NCBI GenBank assembly: GCA_965655095.1
Contig: OZ296650.1
Location: 94,178,001 to 94,242,000, forward strand
DNA: 64,000 nucleotides
Reading direction: 5' to 3'
DNA from: Haplodiscus bocki
Lineage: Eukaryota
The notes beneath the pieces were generated by a model. It was not told the DNA's origin. It was given only the letters and a program-made list of their open reading frames with translations, and made no database searches. Position numbers and translations under genes: made by a program. Numbering within the stretch: position 1 is the first letter of the stretch; every line of letters starts with the position of its first letter. Positions 26,351 to 38,570 of the stretch are shown here, in pieces.

Positions 26351-26849
26351 AGGCACTTTTCCGACGCGATGAATAGCCAACTTTTAGGAAGTGGAAACAA
26401 AGCAACAAGAACAATAGTCAATATAACTTGACTAAGAATTCGCAGTCTACACAGAGGCGACAATGCCATTACCGAACACTTGCCCAACCAATAACCACAG
26501 AAAAAATTATGACAGAGAAACAAACTCGGATTCGAACTCAATTTTCACCGATGTCAATTCTTTCATCTCAATTCCTCCCAGATACTCCAGAAAATATAGG
26601 CCGCCAGTGGCTGAATCAGTGCTGGATGGAGCAAACATTTTTGAAAAACGAAAATGAAAGCATTTTCAGATTTTCCATTACAAGTCGAAACTTACTGCAA
26701 AAAATTTGAACACAGTCTCTCCGAGCTACTTCGCAGACACTTCAGGACGCCGATAGTTTAGTCAGCGCTAGATGGAATCGATCATACCACCATGAATGAG
26801 AAAAGCATTTGTTGAAGTAAAAATAACTCAATATTTTTGAATTGAAAAT

Positions 26850-28400
26850 ACAAAAAAAATCGCGGCCAATAGACTTGAAAGCCCCCGGCTACATCACACA
26901 AACTCATGGCGGTGGAATGAGCCAATCCGACCACCAGTCAGTCAGAGAAACATTTCCAAAGAAAACATTGATTTTTTAATGAAAAACTAAAATTTCTCGA
27001 AATAAGCCTGAAAGCAAAGTAATACTCAGCGACAACACCAGGCACGCAGAAGTTGAAAAGGTTGAAGACAGGTATTTCTATGAACAGTTATAAAAAAAAA
27101 CAGTTTGAACGAAAAATGCAAGTAAGATGATCATAGATTTCTATAATACAAAAACGATTTTTCACAACAAAGTAATGAAACAGACGAATCAACCCACACG
27201 GCAGTTCTAATAGGCTGTGGGTAACTTAACGAGCACCAGATGGGTCCGATGCGACCACTGAAGATGACGAAACTAATTTTACCGGCAACACAAGGAAAAA
27301 TTTTCGGATTTCCAAATCTGAAAGCCAGATTATTTGCAACAAGACCATAAAAAAGAACATCCATGGAACTCCGCAAACCTGGCCTAAGCAGTTGAATTAG
27401 CGCTAAATGGACCCAATCCGACCACTATTCACTGAGAAAAACACTTAACACACAGTGAAAGGAAAATCATGACCAATTTCTCAAACCAAGTGAAGATTTT
27501 TCCCAAAAAAATTACCAATTGGATCATCCGGGCTAAATCGCAGACTAACTAGGCTGTGAGTAGCTGATTGATTGTTGGATGGACCCAATACGACCCCCAG
27601 TAACAGAATAAAAGTTTTAACGAACGCGAGAAAAAAACAGCTTCGCCAATTCAAACACAAGTGAAGCTTTTTCGCAGTAAATTCATGAAACGACTCCAGG
27701 CTACTACTAACAACTCAATTGGACCACTAGTCAACGAGAAAAACAGTTTTAACGAACTATGCAAGTAAAAAGATCATCGCTTTTTCATAAACATGCCAAA
27801 ATGTTTCTCAATATAAGTCATTACCAGTGATCACAAAAAGTTTGAAATAAACTGAATCAGAGTGAATAAAATTGAACAGTGCGTACAGCATCAGCAAAAT
27901 CAATTCGAACAACGGCATGAATAAACTCTGTTCTGTGGCGACATTGTCAGAGTAGTTCAAAAAACTGCAGTTTTGTACGGTCAGCAATATGTCGCCTTAT
28001 GCCGAGAAACCATTAGTCGAAAAAGCACGACAGAACGCAACCAAGTTCTAAGAAAAACGCGTTAGACCAACGACGCAAGAAAACATCCAACTTTTCAATT
28101 GATATTCACGTGTGAAACTTGAAGTACGAAACAGACCACCTCTGTTAATTGGCCCAAACTCGAGGTACTGCGTAGTGGAGGCATGTGATTACTGGCAATC
28201 AACAGAAAGTTTTAACGAAAGATGACGGTGAAAACATCATTGATTTTTCAATTCAAAAACTAGTTTTTCTCAAAAGCAAGTAGGAAATAGACCACCTCGT
28301 TCCTCCGCAGAACGTCCAAGCACTGGGTAGTTGAGGTTCTGGTCGCAGGCAATCCGACCAATGGTCAAGAAAGAAATTAACGAACACCGCAAATAAAAAA
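26850..28400 (+). repeat. Diverged tandem/clustered repeat array
   Basis: Recurrent motif caatccgaccac(c/t)agtca...gaaa..gttttaacgaa at ~26925, 27245, 27415, 27587, 27720, 28195, 28350. Confidence 0.5.
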
Positions 28401-29595
28401 CTCATTATTACTAAATTCTTTCAAGAAAATGGCGACGATTACAATACGAACCATCTTCACTGCTCCAAAGAGCCTCTATGGTGCGAGCATTACGCTTAGA
28501 TACCGGTAAATGCAGTCCAATCAATAAACTTTGGGTAAAAACATTCTGAAGGAATGTTAATGGATTTTGGTTAATTTGCGTGCTTTTAGTTTATTCGCTA
28601 GCGCACAAGCGAAAAACACACCACTGGCAAGCAAGCGAGCTAGAAAAAATGATTTATTCAACAATCTTTTTTGAGCGAAGCGAGAGCGTTTTAACAAATT
28701 TCGATGAAGGAATTTATGAAAATGGAAAATTGTAGCAGACAGAAACAAAAGCTCATCATTGAAAGACGTGCTTCGCTCGCGCTACGCTCGGCTCTGAAAT
28801 AAAATATTGAAAATATCAAGCACCTGATCTTTGAGGCTGACTCTGGAGCACGAAAGTACCTTTTTGCATTCAGTTTCGAAAATCAGAGACGTCTCAAAAC
28901 TCAGTACCCATTTTCTAGCGAAATGTTGACTATTTAATGATTAATTCAAAGATAAGCTCCCTCGGATTGATTTTCAACGCACTTGTAGCTGCAAAACAGA
29001 AGTGGGTAACTGAGCGCAAGTTGAGCAAAAGTAAAAAAAAACAAGCTGGCCTAATTGAAACCACAGAAAACCCGAGAAAAGACCAAGTTTAAATTTCTAA
29101 CTGTAATTGGCCTTATTTGTGTTTCTGTACCATATCAATTTCGCCTGGTGGCAAAACTGTTGGTAAAGAAGGCAAAATGGGGAATTTTCGGGGAAACGCG
29201 ATATTAGCCAATCTGGTCTACCTTATATCATCGAAATGCCATTTAAGTCAATTAAAAAACCCCAAAAACTCCATTACATCGACAATCTCTGACTACATTT
29301 GTGATTCCTGTTTTAATATTTATGACACGCTGTGACAATTAAGAGTTGCTAAACACTAAAAACATTTTTTTTCGACAACAATTTCAAAATTTGGAAGTTT
29401 CGGGAAACTTGCTGAAAAATTTCAAATCTTGCCGAAAATCAAAAAGTCAGAAAATTTCAATGTGGAGTTGAGTTCCAAAATGTTTTCTGAAAGCAGAAAA
29501 CAGATGATTTCCAACTGAGAAATCAGCTTTTTTTTCCAAAAAGAGATGCCAATTTGAGAAAAAGAGAAAAATGGCGCACAAAAAATTTTGGCCCA

Positions 29596-29664
29596 GATGG
29601 GATTCAAACCAGGGCGATTGTAGTAACCATGCGTTCATGGCTATCGTTATTAACCACTAGCCCA
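29596..29664 (-). repeat. tRNA-derived (SINE-like) unit
   Basis: Minus strand shows an A-box-like gggctagtgg and a B-box-like ggtttgaatccc; no proper cloverleaf. Confidence 0.4.
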
Positions 29665-29741
29665 AATTCTACCACACTTTGGCTAAACTCAGCCCATTAT
29701 GATCTTGTGTGAGTTCTGAACGATAGGACAAAAAAACATTG

Positions 29742-29872
29742 CCACCTAAGGCGCATAGGACTTCGGATTTTTTTGGGATAACCATAGGGTCACCCTAACC
29801 CCTATTCCGTTTTCCGGAGAATTGTGATTAATAAATTCAAAATGTCCCGGGCTCACGCTTATATAAGTATAT
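29742..29872 (+). repeat. Repeat terminus, copy 1 (DINE/Helentron-like 3' end)
   Basis: ccacctaaggcg..taggac..aaccataggg..ccctaaccc..attccgtttt..aaattcaaaatgtcc..acgcttat; a diverged copy lies at 33642-33771. Confidence 0.55.
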
Positions 29873-32800
29873 TTACTTAAAACAAAAGGGCAAGTGGTCC
29901 CTCAACGTAATTCGACCGTAAAAGGTCGGCGTTTTGCCAGCTTAATCATACAGCAGCACTCGAAAGCATCGTCACAACACGCTGCCAAAAATCAAAAACA
30001 AGCAGAAATTCAAAGCGCTTCCGCGTGCATGCATTGACAAGAAAAAACTAGTTTAAGAAACGAGTTGAACAAATGTCAACTTTTCGAACGATAAGCCTTA
30101 ACTAACCATAATATGATGATTGATTCGCCATTCCCATGGTATGAGCACCCCCAGCAGTATTTATAAAACGGTAAAGACGAAGATCAACTACAAAATAATA
30201 TAATTAGCACATTTGATCTATTATTCCAACTCCAACAATAAGTAATGAAACAAAACTCGAATTATGCAGTTCAGTCAACACATGAGATTCGATTGCAATA
30301 ATAATGAATTTCATATAGTTGCCCTATTCACCGCGGAAGTCTTTCAAGTGCCCCGGATGGATAGCATTTCTACTAATGTCTCCATACGTCAAGTTGGCGA
30401 TGCTTTCGCCCACCGCGAACAACACCATTAGTTTATTGCTCCATTTTGTCTGAAACAACCATGATTCTCAAAAGTTACTCTATTGAAAAATGAAAACACT
30501 TTGCTCAGTTTCAAGCTGCGAACTCACAAGTATAGGAAAACCCTCTATCCTGTTTTCGTTGATTGTCTGAATTCATCTGAGTTGTTTTCGTGCATTTCAA
30601 AAATCGTGCATATTTGCGTGCCACAATATGATAGTAAGAAAGATTTACGCATTTTCTGCATATCAATATGATCAAATTCGACCAATTAATACGTCAATTT
30701 GAAAAGTTGCCAATTGTTAAAGCAGAAATGGTTTATTCTGTTGTACTGCTCGACAACTGAGTAAGTAGCAGGACACCGGGACAACTGCAAAATGCATTTT
30801 GGATTACGCATACAAATCGATGAATTGACAGTGCGGCCATTTCCTAGATGATGGATCTAGTACTTTGAGTTTTTACAACTTTTTCAAAATCATTGAAAAA
30901 GATGAAATGAGAAAACGCATCTAAAACATGGGTTGGATAATCGAAAAGCTAACGGGCAGTTATCAGCTGGGTACCGAAAAATTAGAGCCAAAACATTTGT
31001 CAAAACGAATAACATTAGCTAAAACTTTCGCTCGTTTTATTAACTTTTGAATTAATTTCAAAACTTCCTCATTTTTAAAACTTTGAGGAAATATACCTAC
31101 CCCAGGCTGATATGACTTCAGAAACTTTCGGGATACACATTCGAGGGACATTTACGCAGTGGCTTGGTGGTTGCAGGGACTACCATTCATTCCCCCCAAA
31201 AATTGCATTTTCAACAAACGATCCGTCAAAAACATCGCAGAGCTTGCGAATGGCCAGGCAATTGCCCGAATAAATTTTCAGATCAGAAGTGGAAACTTAG
31301 TTCAAGTGTGGCTGTGAGCATACTCCTGGAACTTAGCTGCTGCTACCTATCGCAAGTACCTAAGGTGGAATAACTTCAATTTTTTCGAGATCTATGTGGT
31401 TTCCAACAATCCCAAAGCTTAGGGAATGTTACGCCCTTGCCCAGGTACCACAACGGAGTAAATTCAATTTTTGAAACTGAAAAATTTGTCGCCACGCCTC
31501 CTACCACAATGCTTTTCCTCATTAACCTCTGAATCCAAGTAGGAGAAATCTCAACTTTCCAGCCATCCAACAGCTTGCGAATGTCCACATCCGTGCCCGG
31601 ATACAACACTCGATTAGAAATGAGACCTTTCCCCACTTCAACCTCGGCAGCAACGCCCATTACAAAGCCATTGGTGCTTTACCCCTCCATACAACTTAGA
31701 GTCAAAACATTTTTCTGATCCGTGCACACACAGTCTCGTCAACGCCACGCCTTTTCCGGACACTACCCCGATTAACAAAATTTTTGTCCCTTTAACTTTC
31801 GCCGGCTACTCCCGCCACAAGGCCCTTCCTCACAAACCCATGTATTCCAGTTGGTTTAACCTCAATTTTGGGAAAACAGCATTCTCACAAACCCGGAATG
31901 ACCCTTGCTTCGATACGCGGATCAGAATGAAAGTTTCTCCACTTTAACTTTGCCGGTCAATATCACTACTTGGACCATCTGTAAGTACTGTCAGCAGGTT
32001 ACAATAATTTCGACGTTCACACGGTTTTCATGACTACCTATCTTCTCAAAGACTGGAACTGGGGCTTCATTGTCTGGATGCTAAACTTCAGCATTGAAAG
32101 CTTTCAAGTTGGTCTCCTACTTCCTGTGCGCACTATTTTTTCAGAAACCCATGCACTCAAGTTGGAACCAAAACTATGAAAGACGTTCCTGAATCATTCC
32201 TTGAAATCCCATAGCTTGGGAATCGCCAAATCCCTGCTCCCATAATTCTCTGCACCAAAACAGAACTAATCTGACCTATACTCCGCCGGTTACTCCAACT
32301 ACTTGGCCCTTGCTCATTTAGCCCAGTACACAAATGGGAATAATTATCTCTTTCTTGCGTTCCGAAAGTTTGCAAATTGCGACACCCTTGCCGCGATACT
32401 CGAACTTTTTGGAACTAAAAAGCTTTATCTCACTTTAACTTCGGAAGCCACTGCCATGTACTTAGCCTATCCACATGAATCACTACATCCAAAATACAAT
32501 AAATTCGATGTTAGAAAAAGTTTGTGATTTCCTACACTCACTCAACCTTGAACCCGCCACCCACTTGTTCAGTCGCAATCCCATATCAAAATTGGAAACT
32601 TCAACTTCCCGGTCATTTCAATTTTCGTGCTTTTGCGAATGAATACCTCAGGAGATGAATGAAAGAAATTTCTTGAATCTGCACAATCTAAAAGCTACTA
32701 TGATCGTCCATAGGGTACATCCTGTACTCCGATACAGTCTTTTTGAATTTTCAACTTTCAAACAATTCAATAAATGCCGCACGAAAAAAAAGCATGTAGC

Positions 32801-33641
32801 AGCGGTCGAAAGCGCAAAACCCACGGAAAATTCGTTCACGCCGACGAAAACGTAGTCCGTCAAGACGCATAGGACTTTCGAATTTCGAGAGAAAAGTTCA
32901 TCAAGTGATTAACACCAGCAAGTGGCCTAGACAGCTCACATGATTGAAGTTTAAAAAATAGTTTTTCAAATTTGACTGCCTGTTTCACTGCGAGGTCCTC
33001 CTTCCTAACCGCTCAACCCGAGTTGGAGCATTTCCTTGTTTGGAAAACCCCTAAGCTCATACACTTCCAGTACGCAGATGGCTACATCCTTACCCAGATA
33101 CATGGGCCAATTGGAAATCGGAAATAATCCCCACTTGAACTTAGCCGGCCACTCCCACTATCAGTGACTTCATCTGCAACAGTGGTGCACGGGTAAGAAC
33201 TTTCGGTGTTAACATTTTCCTTCTATTCCATGCGTTCCCACCGCCTGGGAACGACCACACCTTTACCCGGTTTTAGGAACGCATTAGAAATTAGAAGTGT
33301 GGTCGTCTTTGCCTTCATCGTCCTCCCCAACTCTCCCTATCCTCCCTGATCTTTGAATAAAGTGCCATAATAACTTTGATTTCTAAATTTCGTTATCTGC
33401 ATTCTCACAACCGACAATGGCATCATCCTTGCCCGGATACTACGCAGTACTATCACTAATAAGTCTCCATTTCAAAATCGCCGGTCACTGGCACTACTAG
33501 GCCTATCTTCCCCAACCCTCATAGCAAACTGAAGATTTCAAATCTTTTCAAGATTTTTTACATTTCCTCTGTTCCCAAAGCTTGGCGGACCCAAAGCTCG
33601 CCTAAACATTATCCCTGGGCAAAATTCAAATTTTGAAACAA

Positions 33642-33771
33642 CCACCTAAGGCGGATAGGACAAAAATGTTTGTGAGAACCATAGGGCCCCCCTAACCCTC
33701 ATTCCGTTTTCACTCAAATTGTCATGAAAAAATTCAAAATGTCCACTGGTTTACGCTTATAATAGCATAAT
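33642..33771 (+). repeat. Repeat terminus, copy 2
   Basis: Aligns by eye with 29742-29872 along its length. Confidence 0.55.
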
Positions 33772-34444
33772 GAGTCAAAACAAAGAGAAAACTTTCACGT
33801 TTTTGTTTACGCGCTTCAACATCAACTAAATTGGTCCCCACTGTCTTCCCACGCTGCTTTGTAGCGTTCTGAAAAAATTCAAATGTCGCACGATAGTCCG
33901 TATTCAGGACGAGGTCACAAAATGTACTAAATAAGCGCAAAAAAGGAAAACCGATTAACAATCTAAGTACTCGAAAAGGTAAATAAGTCTGAAGTTCTAA
34001 AAAACTACATTAATCAACAGTTCAACTTTGATGTCCATTCCCTTTACTTAGTGAACACTCGCTCAACCCTAGACCCAAGTTTAAATAAGCTCGAAGACTT
34101 CAACTTTATCATTCCATACATTCCACAGCTTGGGGAGAGTCAAATCCTTACCCGGAAATTACCCCGCATTGGAGCAGGAAACTTTTAACCACCTGAGCAT
34201 CCCCGGACATGCGCGCTACTAGTGTTCATCAGTGAATGCACAATCAGATGATTAATGAGAAAATGTGTTCCGTATAAGCCGATTGACTCGGGAACGAGAA
34301 AAAAAATCAGATCTTGGTTGGAATGGCACGATCTCATTACCACTATGATGCTCCAGATGATCTCCCTTCCACTCCCACACTGCTTGCCTGCGTTTCGAAA
34401 AAAAATCGAAAAAACAGTGAAATTTTACAATTCAGAAAAATTCA

Positions 34445-34781
34445 ACAGTGCCCAAAAAATTTGTGAGGGAATCTTTCGGTGTTTCAGAGATTTTTGAGCA
34501 CCGAAAAATTTTATGCATAAGAAGGGGTTATCACGATTTTCTTTCGAAATTTTTTTGTGTCACAGTACCAAAAAATTCGCAGGAGAACCCTTATGTTTCA
34601 GAAAACTTTTGGTATCAAAATTTTCAAGCATAAGAGGGGGAGGGGGTTTTACGATTTTCGGCCGAATGTTTTTTTTTCTCACAGCACCAAAAAACTTCGT
34701 AGGGGAACCCCTCCTCGTTTCAGATAGATTCTGGTATCGAAAATTTTCATGCATAAGAGGGGGTATCACGATTTTCCGTCG
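34445..34781 (+). repeat. ~116-120 bp satellite, about 3 copies
   Basis: Units start cacagt(a/g)cc/acagcacc at ~34445, 34561, 34680, each containing gtttcaga..gcataaga..ggg..acgatttt. Confidence 0.85.
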
Positions 34782-34810
34782 TATTAACAAAGTTAAAAAA
34801 TGTAGGCAAA

Positions 34811-34988
34811 GACTGGGATTCGAGCCCGCACCTAGCCCTTCAGAACGCTGTTGTCCTACCCACTGTGCTATGGGAACAATTGGAATTTCTGACAAAGGTC
34901 AATGAAATCATTAAAATTTACGGCCCGACAGAAATTCGAACCCGGTCCTATTGCTTGAGAAATTTTTGTCTTGACCGCACTGCCGAGA
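34811..34988 (-). repeat. Two tandem tRNA-derived units
   Basis: Minus strand: tagcacagtgg...ggctcgaatccc (34811-34873) and tcggcagtgcgg...ggttcgaattt (34921-34988), i.e. Pol III A/B box-like pairs. Confidence 0.5.
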
Positions 34989-35039
34989 CCATTCATTTGA
35001 AAATTTAAAAAAGTTGGCAAAAATACACTTTAAAAAAAG

Positions 35040-35256
35040 AAATACGACCTTACTATACTGAATGAATAATATATTTATAATATGCGGCGAAAAATTAAAA
35101 AAAAATACGACCCTACTATACTGAATAAATTTTCTTGCATATTTATAATATGCGGCGAAAAATGAAAACAGAAATACGACCCTACTATCTATATTGAATG
35201 AATAATTTTTCTTGCATATTTACAACATGCGGCCAAAAATAAATATCTGCAACTAG
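35040..35256 (+). repeat. ~65-70 bp minisatellite, 3 copies, ending near CTAG
   Basis: aaatacgacc(c/t)tactat..tgaat..atattta(t/c)aa..tgcggc..aaaa at ~35040, 35103, 35172; followed by ...caaCTAG|t at 35253-35256. Confidence 0.85.
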
Positions 35257-35642
35257 TGACGAACAGAAACTTCAGGATTTTACTTTATCGAGTACTTTCA
35301 AATAGTTGAGTGGAATGAAATTGAAAATGTTCCTGTCTTCTGCACTTCCTTTCTAGCTCTTCCTAGTCAAAAACGTAGTGGCCCTTGTTGAAATCTGACT
35401 CCGCTAAATCTGAAAGATATTTTCTACTTTTTACTTTTGCACGATCCCAACTCTTTCAATAACGAACATGGGCTTTGGACACTGCCACATGCCATCCTTC
35501 GCAAAACAATTCACTCATGTTTCCAGAGCTTTGAACTGTAATGGAATGTTCTCAAATGCTCAACATTAGTTGAAGAAAAATGAGTTGCCAAAAATTTCCT
35601 ATATTTCAATTAACATATTATTAACTTTGATGGGGACAAATG

Positions 35643-37952
35643 CTAATATTCTTCTTCATTCTCATTGAAAGGTTGTAAAACAATATTTATACGTTTTTGA
35701 GATAGTGTCGATACCTTTTCGTATACCAAAAAATATGGCTCTGCAGTCCTGACAACACGTTCAGTGACAGCTTTTATTTCATCATCGTCAAAATGGTACC
35801 ACCGATTACTTTCGCCATCTTCTGGCGTTCGAACACTTGAATCACTTTCCAGCCAATCCCAGTCGGTAATTCTGATATAACATGTATAATGTCCATGCAC
35901 TTGTAAAGACCCATGGTGCTGCACAACTGAATGTAACCTATACAAGTTGGGCTCCGCAGTTTTGGAAGGATGTCCGTTGGCAATGAATGGCGTAATGTCT
36001 AAGTTTTCAAGCTCGAAATCTACTTTGGTAGATAATTTACAAAACGAACGTATTTCAGCAGCTCTTTTGAAGTGAATAAAAAGATAATGCGGAGAATTCC
36101 ACACACAAGGCCGCCTGATGGCATCGCATTTCACGTGGCAGTTGTCACAATCTCGACCAGATACCCTGACAGGAGCGAAGTAGGCGTACAGGCACTGTTC
36201 TAAAGTTGTGTCAGTGCAACTTCTCACACCAAGTTCTCGCTGAAGTCTTCTCTCGTTCAATTGATTTGCAAACTGGCTTCTCCTGAAACTCACCGTTTTG
36301 TCCAAATTAGCATCATCTGGTTGCTTCTCAGACAAAGTAATCGTAAATTTGAGAAGCTTATTCAGATTTTCGCGGGTTTTCTCAACGAAAGAAGGCCACG
36401 ATTCCTCGTTAATTTCTTCTGTTTCAGAACTGTCTGGTTTTGATTTACACTGGTTGTGATTTTCATCTAAGCGTGAAGTCCACGTCACGAAGACTTTCAT
36501 GTTTAATCCAGAGAGGAAAGGATTGCTTTCAGGTTTCAAACCGTTGACTTCTCTCGAATGTGCAGCACAAAGTTTAGTTTTCTCCGAAGTAATGGGAACA
36601 GCAACGCCGTAGCAATCGAAATCATCAATTTCATGCAAAGTATCCAAACAAGAAATTTCACTGGCTTTTTCAAAGGCAACATTCTCGATTTTTGTTCCGT
36701 CACATTCTACATCATGGAACAATTCAGAATCACCAAAAGCTCTACTTTCACTAAATTGTTTACTGACACTAATTTCTTTTGCTTCCAAATACTTTGGCAC
36801 AATATTGGCAAATAATTTTCGTTTGAAGGGATCAAAACCCTGTGACTTAATTTGGGCGTCTTTAGTGAATGGCAAAAGGAGAGGTATACAAAGACTGACA
36901 TACCCATTGAGTTTATTGGTTTGACATTTGAGCTTGTGTGACTCATTCCAATCATTCAGTTGGCATTGCTTGGAGCAGTAGCAGCTTGCGAAGCATACGG
37001 AACACTTCTTCAATTCTGACCCGCTACTGTTGCAATAGCTACAAAACTCAGTGAGCATTATTTTCGGAGAGATGAGGACTTCCGCACAGACTCCGCTGTC
37101 TGAAGACTCTTCTAATTCGAAGGCAACCAAACAAGCACCATCACCAATTCGATCATCCAGAGACAATTTCTCGAGTCTTTTGCCACCATTCAAGTTGCAT
37201 AATGTAATACTGGAAAAATCTGAATTAAGTCTAAATGCCAATTGATAAACTATGCTCTCTGCTAAAAGTGTGCCCTCCGATGTCATGTCAACTGCCAGCT
37301 CGATGAAACACGGAATAGAAGCTTTATCGCTTCCAACATAACAAAGCGTCACTAACTTTTGAGGCAAAGCAACGGAAAAACCAATATTAGGCTCAAAAGT
37401 GTAATATACATTAGCACAGTTTAGGCATGTTGAAACGGAGCACTCTATGCCATAGAATAAAAACTTCACAATTGATGAAACTTTACTGAACTTGTTCCAA
37501 TTCGATTCCGCTTCTTTTCTCAAAGGATTCACAGTATCATTGCTGAAACTAACAAACTCGCTCGGAAAACCATCGAGTTCTTCGTCCATTAAATCCAATA
37601 AACGCAATAAAAATTCATAGGAGTCGTGATGAATAAAACCATTCAACAAATCGGTGTCATCAAAAATTGATAAAAGCATTCTAACACTAACAATGTGACC
37701 ACCTTTAACGGCCAAACCTTGAAAAATAGGCATTAAAGATTTTGCAAGACGCTGGGCTCGCTTAACTGACGCGTGAGAAGAGTATGTACCGCAGCAAAAA
37801 TACTGCCGCAGGTGTTTTAAATGAAAACAAATCTGTATACATACATTAGCAAAACAGTAATTAGACGGGTTCTCGAGACCAACTAAACAATTGGCTTTTC
37901 TGACTGTTGGACGCAAACTGAGACTGGAAGCATTTGTCCAATTCATAATTAT
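35643..37952 (-). CDS. Ubiquitin-specific protease (peptidase C19) with embedded MYND zinc finger, USP19-like; main coding exon
   Basis: 767-aa ORF with Cys box 'GLENPSNYCFAN', 'HHDSYEFL', 'CLNC..FEP', MYND 'CSYC..CSVC..YCSKQCQLNDW..HKLKC', 'LEQCL..CDNC', 'FIHFKR', His box 'YRLHSVVQHHG..GHY', and 'WYHFDD'. Acceptor ttctgttccag at 37953-37963 is in phase 0 with the ORF. Confidence 0.92.
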   Translation of the reverse strand: MIMNWTNASSLSLRPTVRKANCLVGLENPSNYCFANVCIQICFHLKHLRQYFCCGTYSSHASVKRAQRLAKSLMPIFQGLAVKGGHIVSVRMLLSIFDDTDLLNGFIHHDSYEFLLRLLDLMDEELDGFPSEFVSFSNDTVNPLRKEAESNWNKFSKVSSIVKFLFYGIECSVSTCLNCANVYYTFEPNIGFSVALPQKLVTLCYVGSDKASIPCFIELAVDMTSEGTLLAESIVYQLAFRLNSDFSSITLCNLNGGKRLEKLSLDDRIGDGACLVAFELEESSDSGVCAEVLISPKIMLTEFCSYCNSSGSELKKCSVCFASCYCSKQCQLNDWNESHKLKCQTNKLNGYVSLCIPLLLPFTKDAQIKSQGFDPFKRKLFANIVPKYLEAKEISVSKQFSESRAFGDSELFHDVECDGTKIENVAFEKASEISCLDTLHEIDDFDCYGVAVPITSEKTKLCAAHSREVNGLKPESNPFLSGLNMKVFVTWTSRLDENHNQCKSKPDSSETEEINEESWPSFVEKTRENLNKLLKFTITLSEKQPDDANLDKTVSFRRSQFANQLNERRLQRELGVRSCTDTTLEQCLYAYFAPVRVSGRDCDNCHVKCDAIRRPCVWNSPHYLFIHFKRAAEIRSFCKLSTKVDFELENLDITPFIANGHPSKTAEPNLYRLHSVVQHHGSLQVHGHYTCYIRITDWDWLESDSSVRTPEDGESNRWYHFDDDEIKAVTERVVRTAEPYFLVYEKVSTLSQKRINIVLQPFNENEEEY

Positions 37953-38034
37953 CTGGAACAGAAGATTTTAAAAAAAGTAACAAAATTCAGGGACAATGCT
38001 ATTCGAGGAAATAAGACAAGTCTGCTAACCAAAC

Positions 38035-38067
38035 CGTTTTGAGTTCGATCCGTACTTCATCCAATAT
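38035..38067 (-). CDS. Probable short upstream exon of the USP gene (ILDEVRIELKT)
   Basis: Flanked by tttttggaAG and GTttgg; splices in frame to the main exon, giving 'EVRIELKT-IIMNW', reminiscent of a CS/p23-domain C-terminus as in USP19. Confidence 0.35.
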
Positions 38068-38570
38068 CTTCCAAAAAAATAGAGAAGTATGTAAAATACA
38101 TCGTCCGGAAATCAAACGAGAACAATCTCACACAAACAGCCCTCTGGCGGCGCTTGAACATAGAAGCTGCTGAACCGAAGAATCGTTGATTTTTCACAAT
38201 GAATTTTGAACTGTCTGCAAATTAGCCCTCAAATAGTACCGAAGGTCAACGCTGGGCGCGGATGAATTACCAGTCAAAAACCTGAACAGCCAACTTCAGA
38301 AACTGATGTATGTCGTAGTAAGACACGAAGATACTGACGGATGAAATTGGGAAAAAACTAATGACAGAATTGTAAATTTCCGACAAGTCAAATAACTACC
38401 GGCACTATAGCGTACATTACATAACTTATAATACTTTCTGGTGGTATAGGATTTCAGCTCTGGAGACCAGCTTTTCTGTAGCTGTCTGTTCCTCATTTTT
38501 GCCCCGAACTTCTCCAATTTTTGTGCAGTCCATTTCTGAATTCAAGCAATGTCTGTCGAGTTGTTCCAGC

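Noticed and set aside
34811-34988. Functional tRNA genes (also 29596-29664 and 60376-60443)
   Set aside because: Only A/B-box remnants are present; acceptor and anticodon stems do not pair.
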